A model generated the notes under the pieces. It saw nothing but the letters and a program-made list of their open reading frames with translations, was not told the DNA's origin and made no database searches. The position numbers and the translations under genes are program-made. A DNA stretch of 63,984 nt, counting the filler, from Saprolegnia diclina VS20 (Eukaryota): assembly GCF_000281045.1 (NCBI RefSeq). It is 5 parts of 3 records of this genome, joined end to end, with 100 filler letters (N's around TTAATTAATTAA, not from the genome) between each part and the next. Parts side by side here need not be neighbours in the genome. Positions count along the whole stretch, not along the records: positions 45,223 to 59,823 come from NW_008246090.1; 4 more parts are not named here. One strand, 5' to 3'. This document shows positions 48,709-58,659 of the stretch, one piece after another. Each line of letters opens with the position of its first letter. Position 1 is the stretch's first letter.

Positions 48709-50502
48709 CTTGGAAGACCCACCTTGAGGCTCTCGCCACACCCGTGACGCCTACAGTCGGTAAAATGTAGAGTGATNNNNNNNNNNNNNNNNNNNNNNNN
48801 NNNNNNNNNNNNNNNNNNNNNNNNNNNNNNNNNNNNNNNNNNNNNNNNNNNNNNNNNNNNNNNNNNNNNNNNNNNNNNNNNNNNNNNNNNNNNNNNNNNN
48901 NNNNNNNNNNNNNNNNNNNNNNNNNNNNNNNNNNNNNNNNNNNNNNNNNNNNNNNNNNNNNNNNNNNNNNNNNNNNNNNNNNNNNNNNNNNNNNNNNNNN
49001 NNNNNNNNNNNNNNNNNNNNNNNNNNNNNNNNNNNNNNNNNNNNNNNNNNNNNNNNNNNNNNNNNNNNNNNNNNNNNNNNNNNNNNNNNNNNNNNNNNNN
49101 NNNNNNNNNNNNNNNGCTGCGCGCATGCTATCTTGTAGTAAGTGCAATATGCAACTTCCAACACGCGCCTTCAAGTTGTGCTTGGTACGAGATGCTAGTT
49201 GGGTGCCTTGATGTTGATCATGTCGAGCGCGCGGTTGAGGCACTCGGCAGAGAGCGGCTTTTCGCCGGTTGGGCAGTAGCCAGTGGTGACTACGCCTTCC
49301 TTGACAACATTGCGGATGAAGTGGTACTTGATGTCGACGTGCTTGGCTCGCGTGGACGATACTTGATCTTCCATCGTCTTGAGTGCACTTTGGTTGTCGA
49401 CCCACAAGTTGACTGGCTCCTTGGCCTGGCGGGTTGCCTGGCGGTTCGCGATGGATCGATCTGCTCTCCGTGGACTCGTCATCTTGTGTGTGCACTTGCA
49501 TTTGACGAATCTCTTCGGCGAGTTGGTGTGCACGAGCAGCCGCTACGTGAGCTTCGTTTTGGGCTGAGAGTCTTTCGGCTTCTGCGTTTTGGGCTTGTGC
49601 TATCGCGTCATCCCGCTCGGCCTGGATATTGTTGGCGGTTGCGGCAGTGCGTTCAATATGCTCGTTCGCTACTTGTCGGTCGCGGTCGTTTTGGTCTTTT
49701 TGCTCCTTCAGGTACGCTTTCCAATGTGCGGCTTGACGTTCTATAGCGGCGGCGTGCTGCTCGTCTAGACTGCGTTGCTCGTCTCGGTAACGTTGCTCTT
49801 CGGCGATTGCGGCCCTGTGCTCGTGCATCATCTCATCGTGACGGGCTTGCTGCCTTGCGAGAGCTTCTTGGACGATATTGGATGTTGACGTCGGTGTTGG
49901 TGGCTTCGGCGGGGTTGGCGCCGCGGCTGACTCGACCTTGCCATCTCGTTCTCCTATCGAGGTGAAACTGATCGCTTTCTCGTGCCGGGCACTCGCGTGC
50001 TCTTGTCAACTTCAAGGCTCGCGGCTTTCGTCCGGGCGGCGCGGTTCTACTGGCGGTGCCTGCTCCGTGACGTTGGAATGGTCTTGTTGCATCCCGGCTT
50101 CCTGGATCTTGCGACGTTCGTCTAGCAGAGTTGTCCTGGAGTACGATCTTGGTCGGTTGGCTCTGCGCAACGCGACCTTTGGTGCACCCTGGATCTTGTA
50201 TGCTCCCTTCGTGGCGACGGTTTTGAGGGCCGTCGTCGCGGCTTCTGACGTCGCTGCTCTGTAGCTCGCTTGGTGTTGCAGCCGGCGCTGGCGTCGAGTT
50301 GTAGGGCTCATGTGCTCGGTTGCGATTCCGGCACGATTGAGTGTGGTCGATAAACCCAGATGAAGCCCTTGGGCTCATAACCTGTTGGAAGGCCCACCTT
50401 GAGGCTGTCGCCACACTCATGACTCGTACAGTCGGTGAAACTTAAAGTGATACTTATAGCCTTTAGCTATCGTGTTGTAAGTGCAATATGCAACTTCCAA
50501 CA
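48709..50502 (-). mobile_element. Internally deleted Ty1/Copia LTR retrotransposon
   Basis: 5' LTR 50383-50502 (TGTTGGAAG...CTTCCAACA) followed on the minus strand by PBS GGTTATGAGCCC. Diverged 3' LTR about 48709-49163, spanning an N gap. RNase H tail LWVDNQSA..RAKHVDIKYHFIRNVV at about 49200-49420 fused to a gag-like coiled coil; no integrase or RT seen. Confidence 0.85.
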
Positions 50503-50693
50503 AGTGGCTCTAGAGCATGTGCGCTGGGCTCACCCGACGCTGGATCCGCCGCGCATCGAGCTGACGGTGGACGACCTCTGGTACCAAGACGAGGGCCACT
50601 TGCTCGGCGACGCGCCGCCGAATCTCACGAGAGATCTTCATCGACCTCTAAACCCTCGCCATGAGCGCGTATTTCGCCATGCCTTTGCCTGGT
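50503..50693 (+). pseudogene. 3' fragment of the nuclease-like family gene, cut at the Copia LTR
   Basis: VALEHVRWAHPTLDPPRIELTVDDLWYQDEGHLLGDAPPNLT, then a frameshift and stop; begins exactly at the LTR boundary. Confidence 0.85.
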
Positions 50694-50829
50694 AGCATGT
50701 AGGAAGCGTCGTCGTCCCGTTTTCGAGATTGCTAACTCATAAATAGAGATCAACATTTCGTGACATTAATCTAGTTTCTGAGCTACGCTATGAAACTCAC
50801 ACAATCGTGCACCGGGTCAGTCTTTTGTC

Positions 50830-50902
50830 GACTTCTTTTAGTCTTGCGGTTTGACACTGGTTTACCACCAGGTAAATCCGGGTTCAAGTCCCGGAGAGCC
50901 CC
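50830..50902 (+). pseudogene. Degenerate tRNA-like sequence (possibly Val-derived or SINE head)
   Basis: Good T arm CCGGG-TTCAAGT-CCCGG; anticodon-like arm CTGG-TTTACCA-CCAG; acceptor stem and D arm imperfect. Confidence 0.3.
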
Positions 50903-51420
50903 ACTTTCTGATTGGGTCTATAGCACGTCATCAAGCCCAACGCATCGGTATTTCGCAACTTGGTTTATTGCATTTGGCAACGGGTGCAATGGCGATGTAA
51001 GCAACACAGGATACAAGCCTGTCTGTACATCTCTAGGTTCAAGCAGGGAGCTCGCCAATAAAATCGACCGTAAAATATGACAATCGACGATATTGTTCAT
51101 TGTTGCTCTCTTGCCCGTTAAAGAATATATATACGGCTCTGGGAGAAGCGCGCACGAGATGTTTATGCCGATCATCGAGTCGCTTTTCAACAAGGCGCCA
51201 AGCCAACATGGTGCACGTATGCTGCTCTGGGCGACCTAACGTTTTGTTGCGAACAATCGTAAACGACTCGACGGTTGTCGTAATGTAGGTGGCGAGCTTG
51301 CTCTCGGGCAAGCCGCCAAGTTGCCATTGGGACAGGCGGGATCTTGCTCATTTGGGAAAACAAAAACTCACTTTTTTCACTTTCGCATTCCTCACTCGTC
51401 GGTTGCTCGTTCTACTTGAT

Positions 51421-52398
51421 ATGCAGAAACCAAGCCCACTGGAGTCTGCTCTGAAGCCCTCGACATCAACTATCGCTGCTTCGATGCCAGAGGGTGACGT
51501 CATGGACGGTACACTCACTTTCGACGGGCTTGAGACTGCCGCCAAGGTCTTTTGCGCCCATGATGGCGAGATGTCTCCGATGCTCATTGCGCGCGACGTG
51601 CCGCTGATCACGTGGCGTGATGACGAGACGCTCAACTGCCGCCAGTTCCACGTCGTTTTCGGTGCCACGTTCGATGGCGATCCTCGGAATTCAGCGACGC
51701 TGGCTGCGATCTTCATCGTCCGACGCACTCCGAGCGGTCCGCATCAGATGGCTTTGGGCTATACGATGATGGATCTTGGCATCCAGAAGATCAACTTTGG
51801 CGATGCGTTCTACATTGGACCTTGCAAGGACCTCACGCTGGATGGTGAAGTGCGACTGCCAGACATGGCGATCTTCCAGCGCATTCGTGGGTGGAAATCC
51901 CTCCAGGATCCGTGCGTGGTGCTGGAGCTCGACCACAAGAACCGACCTTTTTCGGTCTTGGAAGAATGGATCAAGGGTTTCATCAGCCTCAAGACCCGCA
52001 CGGCTATCGCAATCAAGCTCTTTGAGTATCCGCACAGCGAGGTTGGTCACTTTGGCGCTGTTGCGCTCAAATACGTTCGCGGCAAGGTTGGCGCCCCGCA
52101 GCTCCAGCTTGCCGCGAGCTTTGGCACGGTGCCATTATCGAGCGACATCGTCTCTGGGATGAGCGACGAGGTGCGCGATGCGATGCAGCATTTCGAAGAC
52201 GGGGTTGCGCACGAAGTGGCTCTGGGTCATGCGCGCTGGGCTCATCCGACGCTGGCTCCGCCGCGCATCGAGCTCACGGTGGACGACCTCTGGTACCAAG
52301 ATGAAGACCACTTGCTCGGCGCGGCGCCGCCGAATCTCACGAGCCTCTTCATCGACCTCTACACCGTCGCCATGCGTGCGTATTTCGCCATGACCTAG
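51421..52398 (+). CDS. Uma2/PD-(D/E)XK-like protein, copy 3 (different N-terminus, no NLS)
   Basis: TPSGPHQ, RLPDMAIF, PCVVLELDHKNR; C-terminus almost identical to copies 1, 4 and 5. Confidence 0.75.
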   Translation: MQKPSPLESALKPSTSTIAASMPEGDVMDGTLTFDGLETAAKVFCAHDGEMSPMLIARDVPLITWRDDETLNCRQFHVVFGATFDGDPRNSATLAAIFIVRRTPSGPHQMALGYTMMDLGIQKINFGDAFYIGPCKDLTLDGEVRLPDMAIFQRIRGWKSLQDPCVVLELDHKNRPFSVLEEWIKGFISLKTRTAIAIKLFEYPHSEVGHFGAVALKYVRGKVGAPQLQLAASFGTVPLSSDIVSGMSDEVRDAMQHFEDGVAHEVALGHARWAHPTLAPPRIELTVDDLWYQDEDHLLGAAPPNLTSLFIDLYTVAMRAYFAMT

Positions 52399-52514
52399 CC
52401 AACTAGTACCCTAGAGCGTCGTTGATTTCTCCATGAGAGTGCTAATGCACCAACGACTCGTAGTTGAGATACTGGTCCGATGCTATTGTGTCTCACCTCT
52501 GTTATACACCGCAT

Positions 52515-52640
52515 TGCACTAAACCGCGGGTACAAAGTCACCAATCACATACGTGGCAGCTTCTGGTGGTGCCACGTATTGTATCAACTCGATACTCGTT
52601 CGACGCTGGTGATCACAAACACGTCGCAATGTGAGAACGT
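52515..52640. repeat. 126-bp inverted repeat, left arm (partner 54455-54580)
   Basis: TGCACTAAACCGCGGG...GTGAGAACGT is the reverse complement of 54455-54580, with one mismatch seen. Confidence 0.93.
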
Positions 52641-52641
52641 A

Positions 52642-54454
52642 CTGGGCGTTTCAACGTATCGGTAGAGAGTAGAAATAGAGTTTTTAGGAGGAGCAGGCAA
52701 AGGCCAGCCAAACCTCGACGCAGTTTCGATTTGCTTCGGCCTGCTAAGTCTCGATCTTGGGGCATTCCACCCTTCGGCTCCCGTAACGGCCTCGAAACCA
52801 AAGAGCACCTACGCGCATCCACTCCCGGGCGTGACCCCAGGGGCCGTGCTGTTATCCAAAGAAGCGTATCCGCACCCGCTCCGCAAGGACAACCGCAGCA
52901 CCGACAGGTCGTCGCTCGCTACGACACCAGCGCTTCGATTCCTCGACGGCAGCAGCGTCACGGTCGTCTCTCGCTCAGACAACGACGCTCCGGCGGCAGC
53001 GTCCCGGGCGTTTCTCGCTTCGACACCGGTGTTTTTCGATACGGCGATGGCAGCAGCGACCCGACGTCGGCTGCGACGCACCGATACTCCAATGCGGCGA
53101 CGGCAGCGACGACCCGACGTCTCTTGCCTCGACACCAGCGCACCAACAGCGCTGGACGTTCAGCCAACATTGTGCCCCAGCAGCATCAAAGCACGCGTGC
53201 CCCTTGCGGAGATCGCGCCCGATGCACAGTTGGTGCTAACCGAAGATCCTACGTGTGCATGCGCGCCGCCGTACCCAGCAACTCTGGCACGGCGACCTTG
53301 CAACTGGATCAAGCCGCGCTTTCGCAGCGCTCGCGCAACACAAGAGTGCTCACTATGTTTACCTCTAGAATCACCCACGAGAGACGACAAGTCGCAGCCC
53401 CGCCACCCGCCCCGACAACAACACTCGTCACGTCCAAGCACCTTAAGCACCGCTCTATTTGGGGGCTGCGCTGCTGAGCCACTTTAGACATATATATCAA
53501 ACGGCGACCGCGGCCAAGTCGCGCAAGATCGACAACCAGCAGTCGCGGCAAGACCCCCCGTCTCTCCCGACCAACGGCTTCTCCAAGAAGAAGGCAGATC
53601 ACACGCCGTCGCCATCGAGACACGGCCTCACACACTGGCGCGGCTTTCAAGCGAGCGGCGCGACCAAGATCGCTCCGAGACGGCATACCGCCAACGGACG
53701 CCAACCAGGTGACGCTTGACATCAGCACCGACGCAGACGACAAGCACCGCCACGTTTGCACGCAGCAGCCAACACCAAGGCTCGTTGGCGCGACTCTGAA
53801 GAACTGCAGCGGTACCGGGCAAGATGCACCACGTTTTCAACGCGACGTCTCACTACGAACGACCACGCCCGACCGTCAGTCTCGAGCGACACCGAGACGA
53901 ACGCAATCACCAAGACGAGGCGTCAAGAGCACACGCACAGATCTCGGTCCACCGGCGCGCATACCATCGCCAAGCAGCCGCCAACGACGCCGATCACCTA
54001 TCATTGGGGCACCGCCTCGCCAACCCATGGCAGGCGTGGTAATCCACCTCCTTTGCCCCCTTTGCTGGCAACAAGCGCGACTCCTGAAAACGACTTTGCT
54101 GCGCAGCTACGCCCGAATCAGATCCACGGGATGAGCGGTCGTTTTTGCTCAAGCTGGCGTCGTCTTGCATGCCGGCAAGCACAGACGATGGGGTACGAGG
54201 GTGGGTGGTGTGGGTACATCTCGCCCGAGCAAGGCAACTGGGAGAGGTCTGCAGGGTCCTTTCTACAAGAGTAGCTGCTTGCGTCAAGCGAGAGTGCCTC
54301 CTATATATATAGTACAGGCCCCAAACCAAGCTTCTCGCCCACGACACCTCGACTCCTGATGCGCCAGAAAGGTCGTCAGAATCGTTCGAGAAAGAAGACG
54401 CTTACCAACGGAAGCCATACGTGTCTGGTCAGCTATCCACCTCCAACTATGTGC
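52642..54454 (+). mobile_element. Degenerate 5'/internal fragment of a tyrosine-recombinase retroelement-like sequence
   Basis: About 54088-54428 is an inverted copy of 57919-58285, which lies upstream of the YR core. The start (TGGGCGTTT..TCGGCTCCCGTAA) weakly resembles the A2 terminal segment of the minus-strand element. Confidence 0.45.
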
Positions 54455-54580
54455 ACGTTCTCACATTGCGACGTGTTTGTGATCACCAGCGTCGAACGAG
54501 TATCGAGTTGATATAATACGTGGCACCACCAGAAGCTGCCACGTATGTGATTGGTGACTTTGTACCCGCGGTTTAGTGCA
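54455..54580. repeat. 126-bp inverted repeat, right arm
   Basis: Reverse complement of 52515-52640. Confidence 0.93.
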
Positions 54581-54591
54581 GGATACGGATT

Positions 54592-54772
54592 AAAAATGAG
54601 CGGAAAAAGAAATAAAAATGAGCGAACCGAAAAATGGCAGAAAAATGAGCGGAATTTCGACTTTGGCAGAAAAATGAGCGGGGATTTCCAATAAAATAAA
54701 AATGCAATTGCGGGTAGTGAAATGGCAGACTAATGAGCGAGATGGTCCTGCGGCGGCAGAAAAATGAGCGGA
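54592..54772. repeat. Six dispersed copies of (GGCAG)AAAAATGAGCG motif
   Basis: Copies near 54593, 54614, 54636, 54666, 54724 (variant) and 54755, irregularly spaced; resembles subterminal repeats of a DNA transposon. Confidence 0.8.
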
Positions 54773-54868
54773 GGGCTGGGATTTCGAATGATTTCGAATC
54801 CTGGGTGGCGTTCGATCCTTCCGTAATATCCTTGTGAAACGGCCGTGGCACTGCATTCTCGAATTACC

Positions 54869-55361
54869 ATGGCTGGTCGCAACAAGAACCGGAAGGCGAA
54901 GAAGACCCACAACTCTGGGAAGGGGCACAAGGCACACAAGCGCAAGGTCGGCCCACTCAACGGCCACGGCGCTTCGGCCCTTCGGCTCGTTCTCTCGTCC
55001 CGTACCTCGGAGACCCCGACGGTGTCGCACGCCACGACAACCTCAACAGTTCTGGCCCGAGTGACCGCAACTGGTGCTCCAGCAACCCCAACTTCGGCCA
55101 CTGTAGCCTCAACTGCGGGACCGGCGACCTCAACGACTGCCCCGATGACCTCGATTTCCACGGTTGCGATTGAGGTCATCGAGATAGACACGAGCGACGA
55201 TGATGAGGTACGCACATCGTTTTACAATGTAGATGGATATCGTTTGTCCTACAGATTGCGATGACTGAGTGCGCGAAAAGCCCTATGCCGGTAGACGCTA
55301 TTGTCCAGGACGCGTCGGTGACGGAACGCGATGGCGACGTTGTGGGTACCCATGTGGCCCA
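54869..55361 (+). pseudogene. Truncated gene: basic NLS-like N-terminus, Thr-rich linker, SIM-like motif, one intron; interrupted by the promoter inversion
   Basis: MAGRNKNRKAKK..HKRK, EVIEIDTSDDDE, intron 55208-55254 (GT..CTACAG), frame continues until the inverted segment. Confidence 0.5.
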
Positions 55362-55505
55362 TGCGGCCCATGGCGATCGAGCGGTAGAGACGGAGGAGGA
55401 CGGGTCAAATCAAAGAATGAGGAAAGCTGAGCACGAGCAACGCGCTCGGATCACTTATATTGTCGAATAGAATCTGTCTCTACCGCTCGATCGCCATGGG
55501 CCGCA
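55362..55505. promoter_or_regulatory. 84-bp inverted core-promoter segment bracketed by perfect 30-bp inverted repeats
   Basis: 55362-55391 is the reverse complement of 55476-55505; 55392-55473 is the reverse complement of the upstream sequence of copies 1 and 5, including the INR/FPR-like motif. Confidence 0.88.
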
Positions 55506-56596
55506 AGAAGAGCAAGAAGAGCGGACGCAAGAAGCAACGTCTGTCGAACGGCCTGTCGAACGGCCTGTCGAACGGACAGCCGAAGGACCTCCGGAACGGC
55601 CGCCACAAGTCGTCAAACGTCGAGATGCAATCAAGCCAGCTGGACACGACGGCCGAGGCCTCGACGCCGACCGCTGCGCCGCCGACGTTCGCCGTGATGG
55701 ACGGCGCACTTACCCTCGGCGGTCTCGCGGCGGCAGCCAAGGTCTTTTGCGCCCATGACGGCGAGATGTCTCCGATGCTCATTGCGCGCAACGTGCCGCT
55801 GGTCGCGTGGCTCAAGGATGCAACGCTCAACGCCCGGCAGTTCCACGTCATCTTGTGGGGCACGTTCAAGGGCGATCCTCGGGACCCGGCGACGCTGGCT
55901 GCGATCTACATCGCCCGACGCACTCCCGGTCCCGCGCATCAGCAGGCTTTGGGAAATACGATGATGGATCTTGCGAGGCAGGCAATCAACTTTCCCGATG
56001 CGTTCTACGTTGGACCTTGCGAGGGGCTCACGCTCGGTAATGGTGAAGTGAGTGAGCCGGACATGGCGATCTTCCAGCGCATTGATGGGCTGAGGTGCAT
56101 TGCCCATCCGTGCTTGGTGATGGAGCTCGACCACGAGAACCGCTCGTTCCCGGTGCTAGAGAAGTGGACCAAGGAGTACATTAGCGTCCAGATCCACACA
56201 GCTGTCGGCGTCAAGATCTTCGGCGACCAAGATGGCGAGGTTGGTCGCTTTGGCGCCGTCGCGCTCATGTACGTTCTTGGCGAAGACGGCGCTGCGACGC
56301 TCCGGTTTGCCGCGAGCATTGGCACGGCGCCGCTCACGCCTGAATCTATGCGCGGGATGAGCGACGAGGTGCGCGCCGCGATGCAGCATTTCGAAGACGG
56401 GATTGCGCACGAAATGGCTCTAGAGCATGTGCGCTGGGCTCACCCGACGCTGGATCCGCCGCGCATCGAGCTCACGGTAGACGATCTCTGGTACCAAGAC
56501 GAAGACCACTTGCTCGGCGCGGCGCCGCCGAATCTCACGAGCCTCTTCATCGACCTCTACACCGTCGCCATGAGTGCGTATTCCGCCATGACCTAG
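55496..56596 (+). CDS. Uma2/PD-(D/E)XK-like protein, copy 4, with N-terminal NLS
   Basis: Intact ORF; MGRKKSKK, (SNGL)n, TPGPAHQ, SEPDMAIF, PCLVMELDHENR. Confidence 0.75.
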   Translation: MGRKKSKKSGRKKQRLSNGLSNGLSNGQPKDLRNGRHKSSNVEMQSSQLDTTAEASTPTAAPPTFAVMDGALTLGGLAAAAKVFCAHDGEMSPMLIARNVPLVAWLKDATLNARQFHVILWGTFKGDPRDPATLAAIYIARRTPGPAHQQALGNTMMDLARQAINFPDAFYVGPCEGLTLGNGEVSEPDMAIFQRIDGLRCIAHPCLVMELDHENRSFPVLEKWTKEYISVQIHTAVGVKIFGDQDGEVGRFGAVALMYVLGEDGAATLRFAASIGTAPLTPESMRGMSDEVRAAMQHFEDGIAHEMALEHVRWAHPTLDPPRIELTVDDLWYQDEDHLLGAAPPNLTSLFIDLYTVAMSAYSAMT

Positions 56597-56785
56597 CCTG
56601 GTAGCATGTAGGGAGCGTCCCCTTCTTGAGATTGCTAACTCATACATGGAGATCGAACATTGGTTGGAATCGTGCATCGGGTCTAGAGCATGTTATCAAG
56701 CTCAACGCGCCGGCATTTCGTATCTTGGTTTATTGCATTTGGCAACGGATGCAATGGTGCTGTATGCATCGCAGGATACAAGACT

Positions 56786-58285
56786 TTTCGATACGCGGGA
56801 TGGCTCAGGGGGCGAAAAGGGCGTATTGCCTGAATTACCGCCCCAGCCTCGGGGGAGGAGTGGCGGGTTGCTTAACGGGAGCCGAGTTCTAAAATGAGAG
56901 TGGTTTCGCAGCTCCGCTCTCGAAAAGTTCGTTTCGGCTCCTTGCGTCGCAAAACACCCATTTCGATACGCGGGATGGCTCAGGGGGCGAAAAGGGCGTA
57001 TTGCCTGAATTACCGCCCCAGCCTCGGGGGAGGAGTGGCGGTCCCCCCAAGGCCATGCGACTCGCCAGCTGAGCCATCTTGACGTCGTCGATCCGATCAT
57101 ACACCTTGTACGCGTCGCTGCGCCATCGACCAAACTTCTGGATTGCGAGGTCGGATGCACCGCCCTTGAACAGTGCTGTGAAAGAGCCCGAGCAAGATCC
57201 CGAGCGTCGGAAGGAAGCTCAAGATGTCGCAGGTGATGTTGGCGGCCCAAAACGCCGAAATGTAGACGCCCGAGACGAGCTGCTGGTGCTTGGCCGTGAG
57301 CTGGTCTCTCTGACGATAAAACCGCCGGGGGCCCCGCCGCTGCGAAGCGAGTGCGTTGAGTACTTGATGGGGTCTTGTCCAGGCGTCGCACACCGTCGCG
57401 GATGAGCTGCTTGAATGAACTGAGATGTGTTGGCTGGCTTCTCATTGCACGTCGCCTGCGCAGAATTGTCGGTCTCGGTTGCTTCAGCCAAACGAGAGTC
57501 TCTGCAGCGCCCACCATGCCGGGACCGGGAAACCAGGGCACCCAGACAACGACAAGCCGATGTTGACGCCGGTGCACCGCTGGTCCGCGTTGGCGCGTGG
57601 TGATGCGGCGTTGACCTCGTGCCCGTCGCCTTCGAGTTGAGAACGTTGCTCGAGGGCCATGACGGGCGTCCTTGACCGTGGTAGCGTGCTTCGCGCCTTG
57701 GAAACTTGTCTGACTTGTGCGGGGAGAGAAACCCAGTAGCGTAGCCCCCAAGAGTGAGCGCTGCTGTGGGTTGTCGAAGTCGCGCATAAAAACTGGCTCC
57801 GTGCGCTTCGTGGGTCCCNNNNNNNNNNNNNNNNNNNNNNNNNNNNNNNNNNNNNNNNNNNNNNNNNNNNNNNNNNNNNNNNNNNNNNNNNNNNNNNNNN
57901 NNNNNNNNNNNNNNNNNNCCAGACACGTATGGCTTCCGTTGGTAAGCGTCTTCTTTCTCGAACGATTCTGACGACCTTTCTGGCGCATCAGGAGTCGAGG
58001 TGTCGTGGGCGAGAAGCTTGGTTTGGGGCCTGTACTATATATATAGGAGGCACTCTCGCTTGACCGCAAGCAGCTACTCTTGTAGAAAGGACCCTGCAGG
58101 CTTCTCCCAGTTGCCTTGCTCGGGCGAGATGTACCCACACCACCCACCCTCGTACCCCATCGTCTGTGCTTGCCGCATGCAAGACGACGCCAGCTTGAGC
58201 AAATACGACCGCTCAGCCCGTGGATCTGACATCGTCGACTGTAGCTCCTCCTTGATTCGGGTGTAGCTGCGCAGCAAAGTCGTTT
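56786..58285 (-). mobile_element. 5'-truncated tyrosine-recombinase retrotransposon (Ngaro/PAT-like, split direct repeats); YR pseudogene
   Basis: YSTHSLRSGGA..TALFKGGASDLAIQKFGRWRSDAYKVY on the minus strand (HxxR and catalytic Tyr motifs). 3' end is B1 (56961-57041) - A (56867-56960) - B2 (56786-56866), with identical 81-bp B repeats. Confidence 0.8.
57180..57329 (-). pseudogene. 150-bp ABCA-transporter-like fragment inserted in the YR gene
   Basis: Translates (with a frameshift) FIVRE../TAKHQQLVSGVYISAFWAANITCDILSFLP, the ABCA TMD signature; splits the YR motif SGGA|TALF. Confidence 0.7.
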
Positions 58286-58659
58286 CCTCGTGTGCCCTCG
58301 AATGGGCGAGTTACGACGAGGAGTAGCTCACTGGCCCGAACCGTCCCATCATCCAAGAAGCTACTTGGTGACGAAGGGTCATCTGCGGTGGCGTATCACC
58401 CTCGCATCAGTCGCGTCGGCGTGGGTTGCCGTTCGACGACAAGAACCGCCTTCCACGCCGTCTCGTCCAGCCTTGTTTTTTGCATTTGGCAACGGATTTA
58501 ATGATAATGCATTGGTCGAAGTATACAAGACCGTAGGTAGAAGCAGAGTAGCCGCATATTCTACTCGACAATATAAGTGATCCGAGCGCGTTGCTCGTGC
58601 TCAGCTTTCCTCATTCTTTGATTTGACCCGTCCTCCTCCGTCTCTACCGCTCGATCGCC

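Noticed and set aside
56702..58147. 481-aa ORF, and other ORFs running through N gaps such as 48575-49831
   Set aside because: Length is inflated by Ns and crosses frameshifted TE remnants; not a real continuous CDS.
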